32,378 nt of DNA from contig DF237661.1 in the NCBI GenBank assembly GCA_000708835.1, positions 14,637 through 47,014 of the forward strand, in the 5' to 3' direction. The notes under the pieces are model-generated. The model was not told the origin of the DNA. It saw only the letters and a list, made by a program, of their open reading frames with translations, and did not search any database. Below, piece by piece: positions 19,111 through 27,315 of this stretch (positions within the stretch are counted from its first letter, which is position 1; each line of letters begins with the position of its first letter). Source of the stretch: Klebsormidium nitens (taxonomy: Eukaryota > Plantae > Klebsormidiophyceae). The position numbers and the translations under genes are program-made.

Positions 19111-19452
19111 ATGCCAATGGCCTTGGACCGAATCAGAAAGGATGCTTGGTGGGTTGAGAGCTCTCCTATGCTCCTTGCACACTTGCAGTCTATTTCAAGA
19201 GACTGGTCATTAACCGGTGATATCTGCTGCATCTTTCCAGAATGTGGCAGTGCTTATCATGAATGGAATATCGTCATGACACTGGAGAACAACGGGGTGT
19301 CAATCAAACAGATAGTGCTTATGGATGCTTTCATCCATCCAGAGTGGTGTGACGCAAATGCAATGAATGCACCAGTAAATTTTGTTGGATTTTCCATGCT
19401 TCAGCCAGCTCATTGTGCGACTTGGTCTGAACTTGCAAAGAAAGTATGCTGA
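19111..19452 (+). CDS. Hypothetical protein, possibly a fragment
   Basis: 113-aa ATG ORF in a stretch that looks less GC-rich; no recognisable motif. Confidence 0.4.
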   Translation: MPMALDRIRKDAWWVESSPMLLAHLQSISRDWSLTGDICCIFPECGSAYHEWNIVMTLENNGVSIKQIVLMDAFIHPEWCDANAMNAPVNFVGFSMLQPAHCATWSELAKKVC

Positions 19453-19496
19453 CTGCCAAAAGCATACATTGGCCTGGAGCGTTTATCTAGGCAACA

Positions 19497-20822
19497 TTAG
19501 ACCACATGCTTCCATGCTCGGCCCCTCTCAATCCTCGTAAGGAGCTGTCTACTAACACTGTACTTCTCCGCGCGCTTCTTCTGAGAAAGTCCGTCGGTTC
19601 CACGCGTGAGGCGGATCTCCCTGACTTCATCTTCTGTTAGCTTCAGTGGCCTGCCTCGGTGTCTCACAGTGTCGATGTTGTTCTCACTGTTTGTACCTGG
19701 CACTAGATGATCTGGGGCGCAACATGCCCTATTGTCGCAAAGATGGCGCACGATCTGATCCTTCTTCAGAGGTTCCCCGAGCTTGATCTCGCAAGCGAGG
19801 ATGTGGGAAAGCATCTTCTTGCCGTGTATGGACATCTGGCCGTATCCACAGAGTAATGATCCAGTCCAGAACTGGCACGGAGTGTCCACGAAAGGACTAG
19901 CCGCTGGTGTCACTGTCAGCTTCTTCTTGAGGCGTCGGAGCGCTTCCTCGTACATCCCACTCGTCCAAGTGCGCTCATTCGCTCGAACCCTTCTCAAGCG
20001 CTCCATCTCGCGCTTTCCCTCTCTACTATCCCCAGATAGGTGAGCCCATGCGTGGCCTTTGTCGATACTTTGGACAATATGCAGCGATACTCCAAGCCGT
20101 TCGGCTCTCTGCTTCTGTGTCTCGTGCCCAACCTGCCCATATCTGGTGTTGGTCGGTTTTGAAGTCTTAATCTTCCGAGCGAGGTCCTCTGTGATCTTTG
20201 TGAAGTTACTAGCCGCACCTCTTCGCAGGGTACCGTTGGCAATCTTGTCTTGAAAATTATTCTCGGACTGTGTGCCATACGCCAAGTGGGTCGGCTCGAA
20301 ACAGCGCGGCTCGTTGCACAAGTGCCTGATGACCATCCTGACGCCGTTTGCGTTCTTCTCCGCAGGAGGCTCGCTCAGGTTGTGATGAAGCATGTATGCA
20401 GCCCGATGTATGCCCAGAGTGAGGTCTCCGAGCACTACTTTCTTGTAATCAGTATCGGCAAGCAGGCAGCCGTTCTCTTGGCGAGATCCAAATTTTTGAA
20501 GTCGGGCCCATGCGCGAGCAACGTCCAGGCCCTTCTTTCTTGGTACTTTCTGGAAGTGCTCGACATTCATGCATAATTTGTTGCCACAGGTACGCAAACA
20601 CTCATGCGTAACATCAAGGGGGTCATTGGGATAATGTAGATCCCAAAGAAAGCGGTGTGAGGCTAAATTCCTGCGTTCTTTGTTAAAAGTGACACAAACT
20701 CTGGGTGATCCGCCTTCACTCTGGCTCCTTACTTGACCTGTCCATAGTTGACAACCACGTGCGTCAGCTGGCGCTGTCTTTGCCCTGATTGCGAGCAGCA
20801 CAGCAGCATTCCAGTCGGCCAT
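19497..20822 (-). CDS. Free-standing HNH (His-Me finger, Zn-binding) homing endonuclease-like protein with three HNH modules and two HTH modules
   Basis: RHLCNEPRCFEPTHL..GTQSEN, RHLCDNRACCAPDHL..GTNSEN and a degenerate RTCGNKLCMNVEHF. Two KxTED..R.I...A...VS....I..G.AW.H HTH repeats. Start MADWN. Confidence 0.88.
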   Translation of the reverse strand: MADWNAAVLLAIRAKTAPADARGCQLWTGQVRSQSEGGSPRVCVTFNKERRNLASHRFLWDLHYPNDPLDVTHECLRTCGNKLCMNVEHFQKVPRKKGLDVARAWARLQKFGSRQENGCLLADTDYKKVVLGDLTLGIHRAAYMLHHNLSEPPAEKNANGVRMVIRHLCNEPRCFEPTHLAYGTQSENNFQDKIANGTLRRGAASNFTKITEDLARKIKTSKPTNTRYGQVGHETQKQRAERLGVSLHIVQSIDKGHAWAHLSGDSREGKREMERLRRVRANERTWTSGMYEEALRRLKKKLTVTPAASPFVDTPCQFWTGSLLCGYGQMSIHGKKMLSHILACEIKLGEPLKKDQIVRHLCDNRACCAPDHLVPGTNSENNIDTVRHRGRPLKLTEDEVREIRLTRGTDGLSQKKRAEKYSVSRQLLTRIERGRAWKHVV

Positions 20823-20856
20823 TGATACTATTGATGTTCTAAGCACAAAGTTTGTC

Positions 20857-20878
20857 CCTAAGTGGTGACGCACCTAAG
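20857..20878 (-). promoter_or_regulatory. Tandem CTTAGG motifs upstream of the HNH gene
   Basis: Copies at 20857-20862 (34 nt before ATG 20822) and 20873-20878. Confidence 0.55.
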
Positions 20879-20913
20879 CACGAGCACCTTCTGTCCCTAC
20901 CCCCTTCCACAAT

Positions 20914-23120
20914 CTACGGACCATGTGGGAAGCATCTTGCGTACTCCTGTGCAACTACCTCGTACAGCTCTGGTGGCAGGCCTTCTTGAGGTGCCTCTTG
21001 CCCCTCATCCTCGCCAAGCAAGTCTACGCCGAAAATCCAGCAGCGCTTCTTGAGCCGCAGCCCGCTGTCACGGGGGTATGGCGGATCAATGGCCTCTCTG
21101 CCTGCTCTGAAGAACAGCAGGAGCCCCATCTCAGCCCAAATGCCGTTTTGCGCCAGNNNNNNNNNNNNNNNNNNNNNNNNNNNNNNNNNNNNNNNNNNNN
21201 NNNNNNNNNNNNNNNNNNNNNNNNNNNNNNNNNNNNNNNNNNNNNNNNNNNNNNNNNNNNNNNNNNNNNNNNNNNNNNNNNNNNNNNNNNNNNNNNNNNN
21301 NNNNNNNNNNNNNNNNNNNNNNNNNNNNNNNNNNNNNNNNNNNNNNNNNNNNNNNNNNNNNNNNNNNNNNNNNNNNNNNNNNNNNNNNNNNNNNNNNNNN
21401 NNNNNNNNNNNNNNNNNNNNNNNNNNNNNNNNNNNNNNNNNNNNNNNTGCAGCCCGTCCAGCTCGCCGACGCTGTACAGCATGCGCCCGATGAAGGCATA
21501 CAGCCAGCGGCAAGCCTCCTCCGGGAGCCGCTGAGCCTCCAAAATCTGCTGCAGGTTCGGGGTCGGCAGCTGGTACCAGTCCAGGTCGCCATCCACGACG
21601 CGAAGCCGCGCAGCTTCGTCGAACGGGAGGTCAAAGTACTTGCTCGCGCACACCTCCGGCTTCAGGAGCTGGTCGACCCTGCCTCCCGCATACGGTATGA
21701 ACAGGTCCCTCACGTCCTCGCCCACCAGCAGGCCGCTGCCCGGCTTCAGGATGGAGTCCCTCAGCCAGGCAACGTACACCCCGTTCTTGAAGGCGAACAC
21801 GTGGCGGTCCTTGTGGATGACAGGGAAGCGCGGGTCGTTCCTGTTTGCAGCGATGTGGGCGGGGATGTCCGTCTGGAAGCTCCCGTTGGAGGTTAAGAGG
21901 CTGTACAGGCGCTCATCGGCATACACGTTGCAGGTGTCGAAGAGGGCCTGCTGGATGGTCGTCTCCACCTTGAAGGCGCGCGTGTTGTAGCCGTCGCTCT
22001 TGATCGCCGAGTAGCAGAGATCTTCGCAGCCCTTGACCTCCAGAGCGCGCAGGCCGTACCGCGCCGCCCTGTCATACCACGCGCTGATGAGCTCTGTCCT
22101 CGCGCAATCAGCCTCCTTTGGCTGGGTGGTTGGCGCCTCCGGGCCAGGCGGCGCAAACTGCAGCAGCCCGGCCTTGCCACGGCTGATTGCCGACCTCACC
22201 GCCTCCAGCCGCCTGACGACGTTGTCATGGTCTGTGGGTGGGAGATGTCCGTCCTTGAAGGCTCCGTTCAGGCCCTGTGCGATGCTCGCAAACTCTGCCC
22301 AACACCGGCGCGAGGCTGCCTCGATGCGGGTGGCGTCAAAGTCGGTCTCCGCATCAAAGTAGCTGCACATGCTCGAGAGGGCAGCAGCCGGAGACACGGG
22401 CCTGCCGACGTTCCATTTCCTCTCGAGTGCCTCCAGAGCTTCCAGCAGAGAGGCCGAGCCCTGCGCTGGGCCATGTGATTGGCTGTGCACCAGGCTGCGC
22501 TCCGGGCTGCGCTCCCCGCTGCTCTCTGGGCCCCCAGGGCTGGAGGGAAACGTCCGGGGTGGGGTGCCGTAGACATCTTCTGCGTCCTCCGCAAAAAGCC
22601 GTCTCCTCACACCAACCCGATCCGACTCAGAGTCAGACTCCTGAAGACCGAAAGAAAGTGTCAGAGATCCTCTGGAATGTCCGCTGCAGCAAGCCTTCCT
22701 TCAGGTCCACCACAACAAGAGACGCATGCGGTGGGTCTATCCAAAGAGGCACTCCAGAGAGCGCCATGCTGAAAAGGCAGGCAGAGTGACATGCTGGCGT
22801 CATAGCTAATGAAAGACAACCAAAACTTTGCTCACAATGATGCGCCTGCCCCGCTTCCTGCGAAGCAGCGCTGGTAGCATGGGCCCATCGTCGTCCTCCT
22901 CCACCGAGCGCTCCCTGTCAAAGGCAGCGTACATGGCCATCCCATCTTCTGGCGTCCCTTCACCCTCCGAAATGAAGCCATCCAAGGAGCCCGGGGTGTC
23001 GCTGCCGTCATCAGACCTGGGCCCGTACAGCTCTCCCTCAATGTCCTCGCCATTGCGCTCTTCCAGCTGCTCGTTTTGAATCTCAGCCTGGTCAAAGAGA
23101 TGCGCCTCTGAGTCCTCCAT
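20914..23120 (-). CDS. D5-like primase-helicase; at least 2 exons; the helicase core is in or lost at the gap
   Basis: Exon 23120-22836 (acidic) splices to 22640 onward (RRII|ESDSESDRVGVRRR). D5_N motif RHVFAFKNGVY; WLYAFIGRMLYSVGELDG; C-terminal YPRDSG..WIFGVDL after the gap. Confidence 0.82.
22641..22835 (-). other. D5 gene intron (195 nt, phase 0)
   Basis: att|GTGAGC ... CTGACactttctttcggtcttCAG|gag; branch point, pyrimidine tract and frame all fit. Confidence 0.85.
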
Positions 23121-23335
23121 GGTGCAAGGGAAGAACTTTCAAATGCCAAGGAAGGCTGATAAGCATCCCTCTTATACCTGCCAATTGAGTGCTGGCAACC
23201 CCTGGCACGGCATGACATGCTTGGCGTGGCTTGCTGGCAACAATTGGCAGCAGGCGGGACAACCTGGCATGTAGCCTTGAGTTACAGCCGCTTGCGCAAA
23301 GCTTCATTCTTCCAGAAGCTCGTCTGCATGTTGCC

Positions 23336-25515
23336 ATGGACACCGTCAAGAGATGGGCGTACAAGAAGGGGTTCATGCTGAAAAAGGGCTCAACTGGAGA
23401 GACGCACCTTCTGTTCAACAAGGGTCGCCTGCAGATCCTCAGGGACGCAGAAGCAGCCTTCCTGGAGACCTATGCCAAGTGGATTGAGGATGGGCGGGAC
23501 CTGTTTGTGATTGAGCAGAGGACCTCCCCAACCTTTCGCATGTTTGTGGACTTGGACTATGAGACAAAGAAAGAGGTGTCAAAAGATGAGCTGAAGACCG
23601 TCTGCCAGTGTATCCAGCGCACGGTGCTTGAGCAGGTTGGAGAACATGCTGCCAGGTGTGTAGTGAGCTGCGCAGACAAACCAAAGGCCACAAAGGACGG
23701 GCTTCTCAAGACCGGAGTGCATCTGGTGTGGCCAGACATCCAAGTTGACTCTGAAAACGCCCTCCGGCTGCGCACCTGGGTCCTGGCAGGCCTGCATGAG
23801 ACCTTTGGTCAGAATGACTGGCCCAAGATGGTGGACATCTCTGTCTACACCAGGGCCGGCCTGCGCCTCAATGGCTCAATCAAGCGGGCTGAGTGCACAT
23901 GCAGAGGGCGGGATGATGCTTGCAACAGGTGCCAGGGGAAAGGAGAGGTCTTTGACAGGAGAAAGTATGCCCCGCTGGTGTGCTATGCCGGACCAAGCGA
24001 GAGCCCTGAGCTGCTGGAGCTGTGCATGTCATCCATCAGCGCCCGGGTACGACCCTTACTGCACCTGGGTTAACAAAAGATCAGCGGGGAGCCGTTTCTC
24101 GGTCAAGCTTTCCCATCTCTTCTTCCTATTGTTCACCTCCAAGCCTTCTTTCTCGCTACAATGTCACTCCAGTCAGGGTAGCCTTCTTCAACTGTGATCA
24201 AAAGATGGGGAAGGGTCTCATCAGAGGGGTAAAGCTTGATATCCACGCGCCTCTCTACAAACCTGTAGAATACTCGCGCCTCGTCATATGTGCCCTTGAC
24301 TCTTCTCTGCAGAGTCGGGAAGTGCTGTAGAAAGTCTTGCACCTCCAACGCAATCCAGTGTCTGCTGATCCGCTCGCCTGACTTTGCTGTGTACTGAAAC
24401 CCACTGTTGACCAATTTGAGCCACAGCCAGGTTGCATCATAATCCTCTATCCTCATTACAGTGGCCCTGTAAGGGCTGGACAGGTGCTCATACCTAAAGT
24501 ATCTCTTGGAGCTGACTTTCAGCATGTCTTTCAGGGTGAAATTTTCCCCTTGCCATGTATTAGTGTTCAGGAAGGCCCCTATCACCCCATCCAGGATTTT
24601 GAAAAGCTCAAGTCGAGCGAGCCTGTCCTCAACCCCGTGCTTTATGTTGTCTGTTAGCGCATCACGAGTACAGCTGTCCATCTTTGGCTGGCTTCTTGCA
24701 AGGGAAATAGAAAAAGCTGAACCAATCGACAGAGTGGAAGATATGTCGTTCGTAGCTTGTTGAGCTGGACAATTGCTTCGAGCTTTCAATAATCCAAGCA
24801 AGAGCTGCGGTCCTGAACACACACTTCTTCTGCAGGTGAGGTTGACGTCCATTAGGGTCCCCTTTGGCGAGGAGCGCGAATCAACCCACATACCACAATG
24901 CGAAAGCATGCTCGAGCTTGAGCCTGAGCTTCAGGAGAGGTGTCACCAGGGGAAGGGGTCCCGCCTGGAGGCCGACAACACTCTGATGGGGCTGCTGACA
25001 AGGGAGCTCGGAGAAGCCTTCCCAAGCTGCTTCAAGGATGGCGAGGAGCTCTCTGACATTGTTCAGATGTCCGGCGACGATGGCAACCCCTACTTCCTGG
25101 TTCACACCAATTCCTGCTTCTGCCACAACCTGGGGCGATGCCACAACTCCAACCGCGTGTACTTTTACATTGACTCACAAAGGCTCCTCCAAAAGTGCTT
25201 CTGCACGTGCAACACGACCGAGGGCAGGAAGATGGGCTTGTGCTCTCAGTACAGCAGCGCACCTCATCCGGTCAGCACGGAGCTGAGGCGAGCCCTGTAT
25301 CCCGGCATTGACGACCTACTCATCGACCTGGACAGATTGACACGGAGCTGCAGCCTCGCGTGCAGCACATCTTGCAGAACACAAGCACCCTGGAGTCGCT
25401 GGACCAGCTCAAGGCCAGTGACCCATTGGAGTCACTCGCAACCGAGGCTCTGCTGGCGAGCGTGGGCTGGCAGAGGTGTGCAAATTCGTTTTGGTTGGTT
25501 ATTGCAAGGGCATGA
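23336..25515 (+). CDS. Archaeo-eukaryotic primase (PBCV-1 A468R-like) with C-terminal Zn-binding domain; one intron and an apparent frameshift
   Basis: FRMFVDLDY, KTGVHLVWP, D.SVY..GLRLNGS and FCHNLGRCHNSNRVYF..QKCFC. Exons 23336-24046 and 24836 onward; frame change near 25335. Confidence 0.85.
24047..24835 (+). other. Primase intron (789 nt, phase 0) with nested antisense gene
   Basis: cgg|GTACGA ... cttcttctGCAG|gtg; joins SSISAR|VRLTSIR. Confidence 0.8.
24133..24681 (-). CDS. 182-aa unknown protein nested antisense in the primase intron
   Basis: MDSCTRDAL...ARKKAWR; globular-looking composition; lies wholly inside the intron. Confidence 0.75.
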   Translation of the reverse strand: MDSCTRDALTDNIKHGVEDRLARLELFKILDGVIGAFLNTNTWQGENFTLKDMLKVSSKRYFRYEHLSSPYRATVMRIEDYDATWLWLKLVNSGFQYTAKSGERISRHWIALEVQDFLQHFPTLQRRVKGTYDEARVFYRFVERRVDIKLYPSDETLPHLLITVEEGYPDWSDIVARKKAWR

Positions 25516-26019
25516 ATGCAGAATCACTACCTCCTCTCCTTCATCCTGCATGTTGCACTCGTGCTCGGCTTCCTTGTGGCCTTCCGGAAGCTGGCCCCTC
25601 ACATCAACAACTCCTTGCAGGCCCGCACCGAAGGCACCAGCCGCGAGGCCATCAAAGCGACGCAGGCGCGCCCACCGTTAGCCCAGCGAGCATGCCATCC
25701 GGTTGCATTTGACAAGGCGGCCGATGCCATCCGAAAGTTTGAGCTGTGCGAGAGCAGCTTCTTGGAGGACAAAAGGCACAGGTCAAGGACATATCTGAAT
25801 GCTGTAGAACAGTCGAGCCGTTGCATGAAGCATCTGTACCGATTGAAACGAGCCATGCCAAACGATATGGCTGCAGAGAACAGGCTGGATTACTTTGTGG
25901 ACTACATTGAATCTACCATGACAGACAGCCTCCGTGCAATGGCGAGGCAGTCAAAGAGAGGAAAGGCACTCCATCACATGCCTCCCACCTTCCCACTTGC
26001 ATCAAATGTTCGCCAATGA
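25516..26019 (+). CDS. Hypothetical protein with N-terminal TM anchor
   Basis: 167 aa; its ATG directly follows the frame-corrected primase stop. Confidence 0.75.
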   Translation: MQNHYLLSFILHVALVLGFLVAFRKLAPHINNSLQARTEGTSREAIKATQARPPLAQRACHPVAFDKAADAIRKFELCESSFLEDKRHRSRTYLNAVEQSSRCMKHLYRLKRAMPNDMAAENRLDYFVDYIESTMTDSLRAMARQSKRGKALHHMPPTFPLASNVRQ

Positions 26020-26032
26020 TAAACCTTCTGCC

Positions 26033-26251
26033 ATGGGAAACACAAAGTCTCGCACAGTCACTACCGTACGCCTTGACAACATTGAAAGGGGCTCATCCCA
26101 GAGGAAGCGCACTCGCGAAGAGCTCGAGTTTCTGAGGTTGAAGGTCATGCATGCTGAGAGCGAGGCAGAGCGGCTTGCACTTGAACGGGAGATTGAAAAG
26201 GTTAAGCGCGAACAGGCAACAAGCACAAAGGCGCAATCGATGATGCAATGA
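26033..26251 (+). CDS. 72-aa coiled-coil protein with possible N-myristoylation signal
   Basis: MGNTKS fits MGxxxS; E/R/L-rich helical core. Confidence 0.55.
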   Translation: MGNTKSRTVTTVRLDNIERGSSQRKRTREELEFLRLKVMHAESEAERLALEREIEKVKREQATSTKAQSMMQ

Positions 26252-26306
26252 AGATGGGTATAGCCTTGGGCATTGCAATCCTGATGCTCATCCTGGTGTC
26301 GTCGCT
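26248..26306 (+). CDS. 5' fragment of a small hydrophobic protein, cut by a gap
   Basis: ATGA overlap with the previous stop; MKMGIALGIAILMLILVSS before the Ns. Confidence 0.35.
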
Positions 26307-26369
26307 NNNNNNNNNNNNNNNNNNNNCATAAACTCCCTCTGTCTCTTTGTGGTATGGTCCGGAACATCG

Positions 26370-27275
26370 TTACACTCTCGGGAATATATCCTCGAGCCTG
26401 ACATCTTCTTCCAGGTTTTTGATTGTTGCTCTCAATGTCATGATGCTGTTTGGCTGAGCCTTGTCCCGCCTTGCCTTGCGCGGCTGCCAGGTGTTGCTCC
26501 TCGGATCCCAAGCACACTCGTAGATCGGACGCTTCCCCTGCTGTATGTCCATGTCCACGATCATTTTGATGATGCTTCCCTCGGCGAGACACGTCTCCGC
26601 CACCGCAACTTCACGGCCCCTGTCCACGAGAGACAGTGTATAGTGGCTGCCATTATGATCGATCAGAAAGTCGACCGTGTTTGCTTCCAAAACCTTCCAT
26701 TTAAACAGCGTGGGGCAGGTGCCGTAACGGATCGGCTCGTCCACTGGCGTGAAGACAAGACCATCCGAATGATACGGCAGTGCAGGGGCCACTGTCTGGG
26801 AGTACGCGTACCCCTCTTGAAACGGAACCAGCCCCTTCCGCTGCACAGGCACCTTCCGGTGGTTTGGGAGCACCAGCGTCCAGCCCTGCTGCGCCTTGTC
26901 GAAGAAATCTTGCGTCAGTGCCTCCAAGCGCCCCCGCAGGGTGAGAGACGCTACCTGCCCCCGGCTGGTTCTCAAGGCGTCGTAAACTACAAAGAGCCTG
27001 CTGGTAGGGTCCCTCTTCATGCTGACCAGCTCTCCATCCAGCAGGAGGTCACCTTCGAGCTTGCCCCCTGCCAGGCTGACACCTATAGTTGCCATGTTCC
27101 TCCCAACAAGTGCTGCAGAGCCGCCGACGACTGCTAGAAGGTACCGAACGCCGTCAGTCTTCTCGGCTACCATGTACGGGACCCTCTGCAGCCGCTGCAG
27201 ATCCTTGCGCTCGACCGCCGATGGGAAGCTGAAGCAGTTGGAAGAGAAGCCCAGGGCCTCAAGGATGGACGCCAT
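26370..27275 (-). CDS. mRNA capping enzyme, stand-alone guanylyltransferase (chlorovirus type)
   Basis: Motif I AEKTDG, III LLDGELV, IIIa FVVYDAL, IV DGLVFTP, V LFKWK..NTVDF, and a C-terminal OB fold (WQPRKARRDKAQPN). Confidence 0.95.
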   Translation of the reverse strand: MASILEALGFSSNCFSFPSAVERKDLQRLQRVPYMVAEKTDGVRYLLAVVGGSAALVGRNMATIGVSLAGGKLEGDLLLDGELVSMKRDPTSRLFVVYDALRTSRGQVASLTLRGRLEALTQDFFDKAQQGWTLVLPNHRKVPVQRKGLVPFQEGYAYSQTVAPALPYHSDGLVFTPVDEPIRYGTCPTLFKWKVLEANTVDFLIDHNGSHYTLSLVDRGREVAVAETCLAEGSIIKMIVDMDIQQGKRPIYECAWDPRSNTWQPRKARRDKAQPNSIMTLRATIKNLEEDVRLEDIFPRV

Positions 27276-27309
27276 CGCTGAAAATGCTCAGATCGCTCGT
27301 CCGGTTGTC

Positions 27310-27315
27310 CCTAAG
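27310..27315 (-). promoter_or_regulatory. CTTAGG candidate promoter motif
   Basis: 34 nt before ATG 27275; overlaps the RFC stop. Confidence 0.55.

Noticed and set aside
22641-22835. Short ORFs (27-56 aa) within or overlapping the D5 intron
   Set aside because: Too short, no motif, and the longest crosses the acceptor; chance level.
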